Below, in pieces: positions 47,890-61,699 of a DNA stretch of 64,000 nucleotides; within the stretch, counting starts at the first letter, position 1; the number at the start of each line of letters is the position of its first letter. The notes under the pieces were generated by a model, which was not told where the DNA came from, made no database searches, and saw nothing but the letters and a program-made list of their open reading frames with translations. Where the stretch lies: the NCBI RefSeq assembly GCF_001194135.2, contig NC_068984.1, forward strand, positions 53,396,291 to 53,460,290. Reading direction: 5' to 3'. The translations under genes were made by a program, and so were the position numbers. The DNA is from Octopus bimaculoides. Taxonomy: Eukaryota.

Positions 47890-48110
47890 ATGCGGTCTAT
47901 TTTTTTTTTCTTTATTACCCACAGGGGGCTAAACATAGAGGAGACAAACAAGGACAGACAAAGTCGATTACATTGACCTCAGGGCGTAACTGGTACCTAT
48001 TTAATCGACCCCCAAAGGATGAAAGGCCAACTCGACCTCGGCGGAATTTGAACTCAGAACGTATACGAAATACTGTTAAACATTTTGTCCAGCGTACAAA
48101 CGTTTCTTGT
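47890..48110 (-). mobile_element. SINE family B about 100 bp upstream of, and co-oriented with, the TASP1 ATG
   Basis: rc of ...aaggatgaaaggccaactcgacctcggcggaatttgaactcagaacgt...; tail with aataaag(a)n. Confidence 0.75.
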
Positions 48111-48769
48111 TATTGTTAGTGTTTAGACCAAATCGGTCCAATACAGCAAATCTATGATGAAAAGCATTCTAGTGATACTTATACAGTCTTTTTGTATAAG
48201 ACAATGCACGATCCTTTGTTTTCATATATTTTTAAGACGTAAGGATATGATTTAAGGGAGATTTTACTGCTATTGCATGTAGGCCTAACAACATGGGAAC
48301 CATATCGCACAGCTATGTTTCTATGTCTAAATGGTATATCTAATGAATGAAAACGATTCCCTTACTGTCATCGATATTTAGAAAGCAAACAGCAAAATAT
48401 TACAAATTTAATGAAGCAGTGATAGGTTGTCTCTTCTACAAAAAAGATGTGCAAGCACCATGTTTATGCATGGATTAAAATTAAGGAAGAAAGTGATTAA
48501 ATAAATCATTATGCACCCTCTTCTCTTCCGTATCTATTTAACATTTCCCTCCTCACTTTTCTCTCCTTATTTTTCCATCTACCTTATCTTCTCTCCTTAC
48601 TTTTCCACCTGTCACACTTTTGCACCTTCAAATTTCTATCACCTCTCTTAATCTCATTTTTCAAAATTTCATCTTTCCCCATTCCTCTCCCGTCCACACA
48701 CACGCACACTAATTATATCTGAATTAATGAAAGAGTTGGCAGAATAAAGTTAACCAAAAATAGGATGAA

Positions 48770-49030
48770 ATATTTGTACAGCGTCAATTTCCCGGTACTT
48801 TCGGTTTAAAACTCGTTCCGGATTATCCATTTTAACCGATTAACAGATGGTACGCAGTAAAAAAATCTGGGCAAATTTTTTGCAGACTTTCGGTCCGTCA
48901 TTAATCTATCCTTTGATAAATCTTCACAATACACCTTTTATGCTGGAATACAGCATTCACAACAGAGCGAGGGCAAGTTTTCTATAAATTTGCTACACAC
49001 GCACAGGGAGAGAACCTTAGGTAGCGTAGC
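48770..49030. promoter_or_regulatory. CpG-enriched non-repeat segment, candidate TASP1 promoter
   Basis: Dense CpGs (cagcgtc, cccggt, ttcggt, ctcgttccgga, accgatt, gtacgca, ttcggtccgtc) in AT-rich DNA about 1 kb upstream of the ATG. No TSS evidence. Confidence 0.3.
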
Positions 49031-49149
49031 ATATGATTGATTTAAGATAAAATCAAACATCATGTGTTACCCTATCAAAGTCTCTCGCTCTCTCTCTTTT
49101 TCTTTCTGCTATTAAGCAAATAATACGAACATTTGCGTCTTCATATTAT

Positions 49150-49367
49150 TGGTTTCAAATTCTGGTACAAAGCAAGAAATTTCCGGTAAGGGGCTGAAGT
49201 TGATTACATCGACCCCAATGTTCAACTGGTACTTATTTTATCGACACCGAAAGTGATGAAAGGCAAAGTCGACCTCAGCGGAATTTGAACTCAGAACGTA
49301 AAGACTGACAAAATACTGCTAAGCATTTTGCCTGGCGTGCTAACGATTCTGCCAGCTCGCCGCCTTG
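49150..49367 (-). mobile_element. SINE family B, CpG-intact copy
   Basis: ...ctggcgtgctaacgattctgccagctcgccgcc is the rc of the head; most CpGs are retained. Confidence 0.8.
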
Positions 49368-49504
49368 CGTCTTTATATTATTATAGTTCGATGAATTAAA
49401 CTGTGTTTCCGCCTTCATGATATGTTACCAGGGAAGACACGGATGTGTATCATGTTGGCTTGGTAGCAAAATAGTTAATAATAGTGGTCGCGAGAAATTT
49501 TAGT

Positions 49505-49880
49505 GATCTCACATAATTATGTAAGAATTAACAGAGATGGCAACTGTGCCCAGCGGCGCCTTCCTGGCACTTGTGCTGGTGACATGTGTAAAGAAATTCG
49601 AGCGAAATCGTTGCCAGTGCCGCTGGACTGGCTCCCGTGCAGGTGGAACGTAAAATACACCATTTTGAGCGTGGCCGTTGCCAGTACCGCCTGACTGGCC
49701 TTCGTGCACGTAAAAGCACCCACTACACTCTCGGAGTGGTTGGCGTTAGGAAGGGCATCCAGCTGTAGAAACTGCCAAATCAGATTGGAGCCTGGTGTAG
49801 CCATCTGGTTCACCAGTCCTCAGTCAAATCGTCCAACCCATGCTAGCATGGAAAGCGGATGTTAAACGATGATGATGATG
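49505..49880 (+). mobile_element. Long young RTE 3' UTR copy
   Basis: Internal repeats gttgccagt.ccgc.tgactggc..c.gtgca, core and (GAT)n tail. Confidence 0.75.
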
Positions 49881-50729
49881 TACCTGATCATCAGTTGCCG
49901 GAAAATCGGTCGTGTATGTATAATCTCAAATACTAAAGGTCAAGTCTAAGGACTTAAGAATGTGAAGATACAAACAAAACAAATTGCTACTTTTTCGTAA
50001 ATATACTATTAAAATATATGTTTACTAACTTTTACATTCATGAAACTTCACTAATCCAAACTTTCTGTTGACTTCTCAAATTGTTTTTATCAAAGCAAAA
50101 GGAAACAAGAAGAAATAGAAAAGATAATCTAAATTTATTTCATATACACCTTTAAAGCGAGTGTGCGTGCGTGTGTGTGAATGTGTGTGTGCGTGTACGT
50201 GTGTGTGTGTGCGAGCATATGTATGGAAGAATATGTTGATTTCTGTTGGGGTCTATTTGCTCGACTAAAGGCGATGCTCCAGCACGGCCGCAGTCAAATG
50301 ACTGAAACAAGTAAAAGAGTAAGTACGTTATGGCAACTGCAACTTGCTTCAAATGATGAAAGGGGATTATATTAAGAATCAAGACTTCTTCGAAATTGGT
50401 ATGCTATTAAGGAAAGGACAGTCTGATTGTCTGGGGAAGTTGTTGAAAAAAAAAATGTGGAGCAATAGAAACACTGTTAAACTGAATTATAGAATAACGA
50501 GGGTTTACAGTATACTGCATTTTGAATGTTTCAAGTTGAATTTTTCAGACCAAAATTTGCAGTCAAAAAAGGGTATGTCCGCCAAGACGGTTTTGGCGGA
50601 CCAAAATTTCCATTTGATGTGCATTAAGATTTGGAAAGATAGTGACGATGTTTCAATGTTTTCACTACATATATCAATATATTACGTCGACTTGTGTACT
50701 GGAAAATACAGTTGTCATGACGACCTATC

Positions 50730-50989
50730 TTTTCTTTTATCTTTTATTTGTTTCAGTCATTAGACTGCGGCCATGCTGGTGCAACACTTTGGAAAATTTT
50801 TAGTCGTATGAATCGACTCCAGTACATTTTTTAAAGCCTGGTACTTATTCTATCAGACTCTTGTGACGAACCACTAAGTTATAGGGGACGTAAACACACC
50901 AACACCAGTTGTCAAGCCGTGCTGGGGGGACAAACACAGACACAAACACACACACATACGTGTGTGCGTGCGTGCATATATATATATAA

Positions 50990-51046
<57 letters not shown>

Positions 51047-51207
51047 CGAAGATCTTCTTTCAGTTTCCGTTCACCAATTCCTCTCACAGGGCTTTGGTCG
51101 GCCCAAGGCTATAGTAGAAGACACTTGCACAAGATACCATGCAGTGGGACTGAACCCGGAACCATATGGTTGGGAAGCGAGCTTCTTACCACACAGCCAC
51201 GCCTGCA
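50730..51207 (-). mobile_element. SINE family A, full-length with central microsatellite
   Basis: Head rc of ...gggactgaacccggaaccatatggttgggaagcgagcttcttaccacacagccacgcctgc; tail rc of tttcagtcattagactgcggccatgctgg. Confidence 0.8.
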
Positions 51208-51656
51208 ATGAATTATTAAAACTAGTATTTCAATTTAAAAACTCGAAAAAAGAAAACAAAAGCAACATGGTCAAGATGGAAGATCAAATGTTTTCAGGTT
51301 GTCATTTCGCTTTTATCGTAATATTTTTCTTGCGATCAGCTTTCGTGAGCTAAAATCCCTAAACATGCTATTCGTTCAAGTAATCCTTTGGTATCAAATG
51401 ACATTTTATGAAAAATACCTTACTGATGTAATTTGATGCTAATGTAATATTAAAGCAAAATCTTGCTAGTCTTTTCTCGTTATATTTCATGTGCTCGTTG
51501 TTAGCTGGATGTAAAATATAAGTAAAACAGAATAAGGAGCGGTATAANNNNNNNNNNNNNNNNNNNNNNNNNNNNNNNNNNNNNNNNNNNNNNNNNNNNN
51601 NNNNNNNNNNNNNNNNNNNNNNNNNNNNNNNNNNNNNNNNNNNNNNNNNNNNNNNN

Positions 51657-51719
<63 letters not shown>

Positions 51720-51939
51720 TCATTTATTTCACTAGTAAAAGTTCAGTTAACAGCTGAGATCCTCTTTGAACAATTTAATATCCTGCTAGCGATACAATGG
51801 TCAAAGAAAACGCAAAATACTGTAGCCAAAGAAATCGGTGAAATTGAAAAAGAGAAGCATGCAACTAAGGCTGCAGAGTTAAGAAGCAGTCTTAGTTGCA
51901 TGAGTGCTCATAGGCACCATAGGAGGCGGCTGAACGAGA

Positions 51940-52340
51940 AAGCTATAGAGATACATGTTGTGGAAAATAGACTCACTCAGGTTGCGTTTCCTCCCGAGAA
52001 CAGTTTACAGTGTGCTTCCATTCGTAGCTAATAGTAGACGATGGGATTGGAGTAAAACTGCTGATTGTCATTGGTGTGGACAAAATGTAGCGCTGTATAT
52101 TCTGATAGCAAGCTTATCATCACCTGAAAAATATAAGAGCAACCAAGTATGGAGTATCCTAATTGAAGTACTAAATCAAGAAAGTAGTAGCATCAATATA
52201 ATGAGATTCCTTACAAAATTACACCCCGCTCTTTTCATAAGAATGTTAACAAAAGACAATGTAGTTTAAATAGGAGAAAGTCAATACCCAAGCTTGATGT
52301 CACAAGCTGGTGTTTTAGCATAAAAACCCGAAAAAAAAAA
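51940..52340 (+). mobile_element. Possible L1/Tx1 ORF2 C-terminal zinc-knuckle relic
   Basis: RFLPRTVYSVLPFVANSRRWDWSKTADCHWCG resembles W....LP....L.RW.....C..C; A-rich tail near 52330. Confidence 0.4.
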
Positions 52341-53447
52341 ACTTAACACAGTTAAGACAGGGTATCAAATATTCTCAAGTTGTCATTCTGCTTTTATCGT
52401 AGTCCAACCATTAAAAATTCTTCTTACGACAAACTTTCGTGAGATAAAACCCCAAAGCATTCTATTCGTTCAGGTAATAACATTTTCGAAAAGACACCTT
52501 GCCGATGTAATTCGACGTTGATGTGAAGTGTTCACCGCTAGTTGAATGATATTGAATGGTGATACTGAGCAGAAGGGGCAATCGGATTTAAAAGAAGAGC
52601 TCATCTTCCCAAGCTATAGTGCAAAACAAGGAATTCCTCATCTTATGGTATGGTCTAACTTTACAACAAAAAAGTCCAGAGCAAGGATTTGACGCTACTT
52701 TAGGAAGGCAATATGGAGTGCGCACATGAAAAAAAAAAACGGTCTAAAAGAGATATGATTTGTGGAGCCGTGTGAAGCAGAAGGGTGGCATATACGGTGC
52801 TTACAGTAGAGGTGGGGGTGTTGTAGGTTTACAGTTAGATCTCTTATGCGCCATTTGTCTGCCATTGGACTTAGGAAGAACAGCAGGTAAGTAATTCGTG
52901 TAGCAGAAAAACAAGCAATAGATTGTTTTAACATGGATGTGACAGAGGCATGTGACAGAAAGACCAATACTGAGAGTAAAGGACATATTATTAATGACTA
53001 GCAAAGCAAAATAATTGCGGTATGGTTAGAGTAGTAACATCTGCACCCAGTTTGTGGTGACTACATGGATGATAAGAGCGAAAGTATGTCACAGTATAGA
53101 CCTAAATAATCCGGAGATATCCTAGTAGCCTCAATGTAAGAAACGGTAGTGTCGTTAGTGGCTGAAATCGCCGAGTCTCAAAACAAAGCTGATGAAGGGA
53201 ATGTGCCGCAATGCAAGCTGTATGTAAAATAACAATTGATGTGTATGCATGTACATGTATTAATATATGTATGTCAGTACGTATGCATATGTCAGTATGA
53301 ATCTACACACACACACAAACACACACACACACAAACGCACACACACACATGTGCATGTATGCATGTGTTGGTGTAAATTTATACACGCTTAAATATGTAT
53401 ATGCATGTATATTAGTCTGTATATATTTACACATATATCCAGGTATG

Positions 53448-53542
<95 letters not shown>

Positions 53543-55200
53543 GTGTATATATATATATATGTATATATATATATAAACAATATATGAGTATATGCATATA
53601 TATGTACATGTACGTATATACCNNNNNNNNNNNNNNNNNNNNNNNNNNNNNNNNNNNNNNNNNNNNNNNNNNNNNNNNNNNNNNNNNNNNNNNNNNNNNN
53701 NNNNNNNNNNNNNNNNNNNNNNNNNNNNNNNNNNNNNNNNNNNNNNNNNNNNNNNNNNNNNNNNNNNNNNNNNNNNNNNNNNNNNNNNNNNNNNNNNNNN
53801 NNNNNNNNNNNNNNNNNNNNNNNNNNNNNNNNNNNNNNNNNNNNNNNNNNNNNNNNNNNNNNNNNNNNNNNNNNNNNNNNNNNNNNNNNNNNNNNNNNNN
53901 NNNNNNNNNNNNNNNNNNNNNNNNNNNNNNNNNNNNNNNNNNNNNNNNNNNNNNNNNNNNNNNNNNNNNNNNNNNNNNNNNNNNNNNNNNNNNNNNNNNN
54001 NNNNNNNNNNNNNNNNATATATATGATTGCATGCGTGAGTGTTTGTGTTCTAGTGTGAGAGTTTGTTTACGTGTATATTTATATTTTCGTAATATAGTGC
54101 TCAGACTTAAAGAGAATATTCTATTTTAAAATTTAAATATTCTTAACGCTATCTCTCATAGTAATCATTTTACTTTCATTTTCCACCTTTGTATGCTACA
54201 CACTTCTGGAAACGACTGTTGATTTGTTTCGCTTTTAGGCCCCTACCCCACCTTCATCCTTCACTCACTTTCTTCATTCTTTGTAATTAATTATTTAAAC
54301 TAAATACTATTTATTCCTTTATATGTTTATGAAATTATACCAGGTGAACGTGTATGTATGAGTGTATATATATGTGTATGTGAGTGTGTGTGTGTGTGTG
54401 CATATATGTGTTTGTGTATGTGTATGCGTGTTCTGGAATGTTTTTGTGTTTCTAATTCTGCCCATATACGTATACACAGACACACGCATACAAATATAGA
54501 TAGATTAGCTAGCTAGATAGATATGCACACATGTACATACATACATATATACATACATACACATGTGCATACATAGCTATAACATCGCTTTGTCTTGAAA
54601 TTTGAATTTTATAATAACAAAATGGCGACTTAAAAATCTTAAGATCGTATGTGTTCATTTGTCTAAAAGGAAATATTTGCTCTAGTTTTATTTTCAATTA
54701 ATTAAAAGAGAAAATCAATAATTCATTGAAAGGTAAAGAAAATTTTTGATAGGAGAGAAATGGAACTAAATGACAAAAAAAAAGAAAAAAAAAAGAAACC
54801 CAGAAAAACACTTCATTTTTTTTCTAACGCCCCAGTAGACAATGATGTTAACGAGGGTGTATAAATCTGAGCCAACTTTATCCCCCATACTCTTTTTGGT
54901 TGTGATCACTCATACACTTAACGTATGTGATCTCTATGCATCTTTGTCCGCTATCGCTCAGCAAGTAAATTTTTTAACCTAAAATATTTCAATGCTAAAT
55001 CAAAGACCTTTATCACACTTGTATGCTGATGTTTGTAATTTTATAGTTCACACGGAACAAGATATTCAGAAAATGATCAACTTCTACAATGTCTGTTCCG
55101 CTGTCCGACTGGAATGAGCTGGAATGAGCTGGAATGAGATGATTTGGTACAACTGACTGGGCATTCAGCCTGTTTGGGCAACAGTACATTTTGGCGTTGG

Positions 55201-55271
<71 letters not shown>

Positions 55272-55455
55272 NNNNNNNNNNTTCGTCTGCCGCTACGTTC
55301 TGAGTTCAAATTCCACCGAGGTCGACTTTGCCTTTCATCCTTTCGGGGTCGATTAAATAAGTACCAGTTATGCACTGAGGTCGATATAATCGACTTAATC
55401 CGTTTGTCTGTCCTTGTTTGTCCCCTCTGCGTGTAGCCCCTTGTGGGTAGTAAAG

Positions 55456-55520
<65 letters not shown>

Positions 55521-56967
55521 TCACATACATACACACATAAACACGCACGCAGAAATGTACATATACAGATATAGTGTTAGTGAGGGTGTAAATGAGAGAG
55601 GAGAGAGAGGCGACAAGATAGAGGGAGAGAGAAAGAGAGACAGAAATTTCTATCTATACACCAAAAGCAGGGCTAATCCCCTGACCACAGGAGTACCCCA
55701 TACGGCTTGGACAGATAGACCTAGACTTACAACCAGCAATGATAAAGCTGCAACGGCATCCTCGAGGCTTCAACCAGCAGTGGATCGACAATAGTTGAAT
55801 GAAATGGATTAACATCGTTTTCAAAACTTTCCGGCTTTATATTATGAGTTCAAATTCCACCAAGGTTGACTTTGTCTTTCTTTCTTTATGGGTCGATGAA
55901 ATAAGAACCAGTTGAGCATTGAGGGTCAATGTAATCGACTAGCACTCTTCCACCAAATTTCAAGCCTTGTGCCTATGGTACAAAGGATTGTTTATATATG
56001 GAGTTTAATCTGTCCTGTTACGCTACATAACTGAGCGATTATCTTGTAGACATAACAGCAACATAGAACCATAAATATGAATATAATGATAGAAAATAGA
56101 TTGAAGTGCCGAAATTGAGGCGGACGCTATGTGATGTAGTCAATTATGTAGTCACCTGACAAAGAAGGAAGAATAATGCTTACAAAATTTTTCTTGGTTC
56201 TACTGGGGGAAAAGAAGAACAATAAAGTTTAACTCATAGTTTACTATAATAGCAAGCAATATCTATCGAGATATTAATATATCTTCAGATTGAAATCTCG
56301 GTCTCAATGTTTGCAAGAGTCCGAACTCTGCTGAATGTATCCAAGATGGTGATCAAGTCTATCACACACAAAACAATTACAGTTTGATTGGTTGGGTTTC
56401 TTCACAGATCCCTACAATAGGATTTCATTCCATTCAGAAGGCTTGGTGATGCGGTGGCCTTCAAAATGGTACTTATAATGTCTTGTAGATTTTGTAAACT
56501 TCTAGATTTGTAGCTGTTGGAACAGCTATTTTTAGCTGTTTTTTTTTTATCAGTCAATTTTCCATCAAATCTTATTTTACTGTCTTCAAAATTTGGAAGA
56601 ACAGAGTAAAACATCTAGACCTTGATATTAAAAAACTGTTACGAAATGGAGACGGCTGGAATGCATTTGAGCACAAATCAGATTGTCGATCAGGATTCAC
56701 CTGGGGCTAAACAAGAACACCATCACCAACACCAACAACAACAACAACAACAACAATACTATTAGCATTCTCATCATAGTTATCATTACTATCACAGGGG
56801 ATACTCACAGTTAAAGTACGGAAAAAGACAATAGGGTGCAGCTGTTTGAATACTAATGATTTGGTACAGCTGACTGGACATTCAACCTCTTTTGATAACA
56901 GAACTTTTTGACACTGGCGGCAAACATGCGTGTGCGTGCAGAAATATATATTTATACATAGAAAGTG

Positions 56968-57073
<106 letters not shown>

Positions 57074-58746
57074 GGAGACAGAACGAGAATGAGAAAAACG
57101 TTACAACAAAAGAAATATAAAAAGGTTGATGTCAAATAAGTCAAAACGACTGTATCAAAACGTGTCATACCCATTAAAGTATCTGTTGAGTTAGACAGCT
57201 CAAGTCTCACCAATTCTCTCAGTTGTTGTGGTTGTTGTTGTTGACCATAGTCTGCTCATCTCTAAATGAGCAGACCTATGAGGAAAGGTTACCCCAGGAA
57301 TGATCACCTTGTCGTATTTTCGTCTATACACTAATAACCCTGGATAAACATAATCCGACGTGTTCTTTTTGAAGACAGTACGGTATGCATTGTGAAAGAT
57401 TCGCTTCCTATTTCTAGCAAATCGAATGACCACATTGAGACTTCCTTGTTGTCTTGAACTCTATAAGTGACTGGGTGATATAATGATATACATATCATTC
57501 TGTGTCTGGGACGAAGCAGAAGTCTATATGACTGCATGTTCCACTTGGCAACAACTTCTTTGAGGAAAAAGATATTGTATTGATATTTTAATTGATGCCA
57601 AAATAATATCCTACTTGACATAGGCGTCCACTTTGAAGAATATTCATAATCAACAATTAGTTATAGAAGCCAAACAATTTCCTCTCCCCACTCTTATTGA
57701 CATCTTTATGTTTGCATGTATGAAGATGATATATGCGCACACATACATTCACATACAAACATGCACTAACGCACATATTTATTACTATAAAGGATATAAA
57801 CATATAGGTGGATGTATGTATGAATGAGCTGCTAGCGATCTTGCCAGCTCGCCACCTAATATTACTATAAAGTATTAGTTTCAAATTTTGGCACAAATCC
57901 AGCAATTTCGGGGTAAGGGGCTAAGTCGATTACATCGACCCTAGTGCTTAATTGGTACTTGTTTTGTCAACCCCGAAAGGATGAAGGGCAAAGCCGATCT
58001 TGGCGGAATTTGAACTCAGAACGTAAGGACGGATGAAATGCTGCTAAGTATTTTACCCGGTGTACTCACAATTCTGCCAACTCGTCACCTTATAATACTA
58101 TAAAATACTAACATGTATGTATGTATGTATGTATGTATGTGTGCGCGTATGTGTGTATTATCAGTTTTCTTTTATTTGTCTCAGTCGCTGGGGTTTAGCC
58201 AAACACAGTCTTTATTTTAGAATCTGGTACTTATTCTGTAGGTTTCTGGTCGCCGAACTGCTAAGTTACGGGGACATAAACAAAGTAACACCGGTTGTCA
58301 ATCCGTGGTGGAGGACAAACACAAAACACACACTTATATATATACATTTTATTCTTTTCTTTTACTTGTTTCAGTCATTTGACTGCGGCAATGCTGGAGC
58401 ACCGCCTTCAGTCGAACAAATCGACTCTAGGACTTATTCCTCGTAAGCCTAGTACTTATTCTATCGGTTTCTTTCGTCGAACTGCTAAATTACAGGGACG
58501 TGAATGCACCAACGTCGGTTGTCAAGCGATGGTGGTGGTGAGGTGGAGACAAGACAAACAAATAAATACATAAATATATATTATATATAGGCGAAGGAGT
58601 GGCTGTGTAGTAAGAAGTTTGCTTCCCAACCACATTGTTCTGGGTTCAGTCCCACCTAGGGCAAGTGTCTTCTACTATAGCATCAGGCCGTCCGAAGCCT
58701 TTTGAGTGGATTTGGTAGACGGAAACTGAAAGAAGCTCATCATATA

Positions 58747-60050
58747 TCTATATATATAAAATTCCTTGTCTTTCCGTCTGTTTGTCTGTTCCCAATGCAT
58801 TCTCAAACGGCTCGACCAAATCAAATCAGATTTTACAAGGTAATAGTATTAGACCCCGTGAGTGTCAACATGTAATTTTTTTTACTTGGATTAAAACAAT
58901 ATAACATTGGCACTGATTCGGTATTACGTGTGAAATGTGAAAGAATAACATCTATATTGTAATGTGATATAATATTGCTTCACTTTTATTCTTTCACATT
59001 TAATTCTAATATGATAAGGTGGTAATGTTGTTTCAATTATATTCTTTCCCTTTTAATTCTAACGGGATAACACTAAGATCATTTTGTGGCATTTACCGTT
59101 AAATTAGCAGTTCATCCATGTGTTTCTATTTCGTTTATTTGCTTATATTTAGTTAATCTATACTGCAAAAAAAAAACATACAACATACAACTGTTTACAA
59201 AAATAGAGATTAATGTATAATATTTTCTATGTCCATATTTTTTGTTTACAATATTGAAAAAATTATGCCACCAAAGAAAAGACGTAATCTCTCCAGAAAC
59301 AAATATAATGCAAGGAGGATTGTAGAGAACCGAAGGCGAGAGTCTCAAGAGAGAAGGGAGATGAGACTTTCTCAAGATCAGCAAACACATGCTGCAGCAC
59401 ATCAAATGTAGTCTTAAGATGGAAGGGAGATGAAACTTTCCCAAGATCAGCAAACACGCTGCAGCACGTCAGATGAAGTCTCAAGAGGGAAGGGAGATGA
59501 GACTTTCCCTAGATCAGCAAAAGCATGCTGTAGCACATCAAATGAAGTCTCAAGAGGGAAGGGACATGAGACTTTCCCTAGATCAGCAAACGCATGCTGC
59601 AGCACGTCAGATGGAGTCTCAAGAGAGAAGGGAGATGAGACTTTCCCAAGATCAGCAAAAGCATGTTGTAGCACTTAATGCTGGATCATTAAAACGTTTT
59701 AATGATTAGACAGATGTTCAATAGAATAGCTCTTAGAAACAGACTACGTACAAATTGGTTCTTCACAACTTCTAGAGTAGCTTTCAGATATGATCCATCC
59801 CATTCTTATAAAAATGATAATTTTGTCCAAATTGGTGTGCTAAACTCAAATTGTCGTTTCTGCAAAGCTTTAAAATTTCCAAATGAAACTAATGGCATGT
59901 GCTACTCAGGTGGTAAGGTAAGACTGCCAGCACTATCAGCTCCTCCTCAACCTCTTATAGATCTTTTGTAAGGTACTTCCATCCAGTCAAAGGATTTTCT
60001 GAACAATATCAGACAATACAATTCTGCATTTATTATTAATTATTGCAGGC
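58747..60050 (+). mobile_element. 5' part of an autonomous-type Helitron (RepHel N-terminus), pseudogenised
   Basis: 5' end A|TCTATATATATAAAA. ATG at 59265 gives MPPKKRRNLSRNKYNARRI, five 69-bp (23-aa) repeats ESQERREMRLSQDQQTHAAAHQM, then AFRYDP..SY....VQIG.LN..CRFCKALKFPNETNGMCYSGGKVRLPALSAPPQPL..LL*G....KDFLNNIRQYNSAF. It contains stops and a frameshift. Confidence 0.85.
59341..59672 (+). repeat. 69-bp coding tandem repeat, five units, inside the Helitron
   Basis: Units start at 59341, 59410, 59477 (the preceding unit has a 2-nt deletion), 59546 and 59615. Confidence 0.9.
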
Positions 60051-60169
60051 CTAGTTGTATGGATATATGATAACACCAAGAGTATCTACTTCCATCCTGG
60101 GGTCCCAAAGGGGTCTTGTACCGCCTTGCAAAATTTCTCTTGGAGGCCCTGCTGCCTTCACGCATATAT

Positions 60170-60480
60170 TGGCATTCCGTCGGTTACGATGACGAAAGTT
60201 CCAGCTGATCCGATCAACGAAACAGTCTGCTCGTGAAATTAACATGTAAGTGGCTGAGCCCTCCACAAATACGCGTACCCTTAACGTACCGTGACACGAA
60301 ATGTGACAGAGCTGGCCCTTTGAATTAAAGGTACTACTCATTTTTGCTAGCTAAGTGGACTAGAGCAGTGTAAAATAAAGTATCTTGCTCCAGGACACAA
60401 CGCGCTGCCAGTAATTGAACTCACAACCTTACGATTGTGAGCCAATATCCTAACCACTAAGCCACTCGCTTTCACAACGT
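60170..60480 (-). mobile_element. Chimeric SINE: family E head with family D tail
   Basis: 60355-60475 resembles 28680-28795; 60170-60330 resembles 25700-25890 (ggttacgatga.ga..gtt.ccag.tgatcc.atcaac.gaacag.ctgctcgtgaaattaac). Confidence 0.65.
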
Positions 60481-60631
60481 ATTAAAACCAAGAAAACTAA
60501 CACACATAAAAGAATATAATGCAAGGCAGATTAGAGTGAATAAAATTTTATAGAAATAGATAACTTACAGTTTTATGATTCTATACCGAAACACATGAAT
60601 AAAAATATATTCAACTTATACAACATATATA

Positions 60632-61464
60632 CAGGATAAGATGGATAAATTGTCGCCATTTTATACTCTTAATTTCGCGCATGCACATTGTTTATTTTTG
60701 ACTTTGTCGACTACACAGTATAGTAGGGTCAGTTGGGCACCGACTGTAAGAAAAACAGTACCATGACGCAATTCACTCTGCCAGAAATTTGGAACCGACA
60801 TGCTGTACTGCTTGGCATTCGCGCTGGAAGCTTCAGTACGAACATTTCAGAGTGTTTGGGTGTCAATCTGAGGAGAGTGCAATCAGCTTCATGGCTTGTG
60901 GAATGATCATTAGTGATGGCGACGTTATTCCTCCAATCATCTTCCCACACGGCCTCACACTCAACACGGAGGCCTACATCAAGTACCTGAGGGAGGTAGT
61001 GCTGCCCTGGATCAAGAGGGTGGCTGCTGGAAGATCCAATGTCTGGCAACAGGAATCTGCACCATGCTACACAAGCAGGAAAATCCAGTCATAGCTGTTA
61101 GACATCACCTCTAACATCTGGCCACCTAACTCTCCAGACTGCAACCCTCTTGATTTTTATGTGTGGGGCGCAGTTGAGCGAGAGCCTAACAAAACTCCTT
61201 GTAGCACTAAAGATGAGCTGAAGGCAAGGATAATGGCAGCATACACTAACTTAAACAAGGAAACTATCCGGAAGAGTTGCAGGAGATTCCGAAGTCATCC
61301 GGAGGCCGTGGTTGAAGCCAAGGGCGATTTTATTGAATAAATTTACTCTTTTAGTATTTCAAGATATTTTAAGGTAATTTTGGTAAATATATCTGTTAAA
61401 ATGAGACGTCAGTGTTATTTTCATTTTTGCGTAATTTAGATGACAATTTATTCACCGCACTTTG
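60632..61464 (+). mobile_element. Tc1/mariner element (maT/DD37D-like) with a truncated, disabled transposase
   Basis: TA flanks at 60630-60631 and 61465-61466; imperfect TIRs sharing g.ataaattgtc; VIPPIIFPHGLTLNTEAYIKYLREVVLPWI...VWQQESAPCYTSRKIQS*LL...WPPNSPDCNPLDFYVWGAVE...TKDELKARI. Confidence 0.85.
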
Positions 61465-61548
61465 TATAAGTCAATGTATATTATGATTCATGTGTCTTTG
61501 AGAATATGCTTCGGCATTGAAACATTTGCACAGCTGTAAAGTTTTATT

Positions 61549-61603
<55 letters not shown>

Positions 61604-61699
61604 AGATACAGATAGCTATAATAGAATATACTCATATTGATAGACGGTATCCCAGATAAAACGATTGAATTTAGGTGCTTACGTGTTCAGTAATACTTA

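Noticed and set aside
59341-59672. CRISPR-like or regulatory repeat array
   Set aside because: Contiguous 69-bp units without unique spacers, in frame with a Helitron ORF, in a eukaryotic context.
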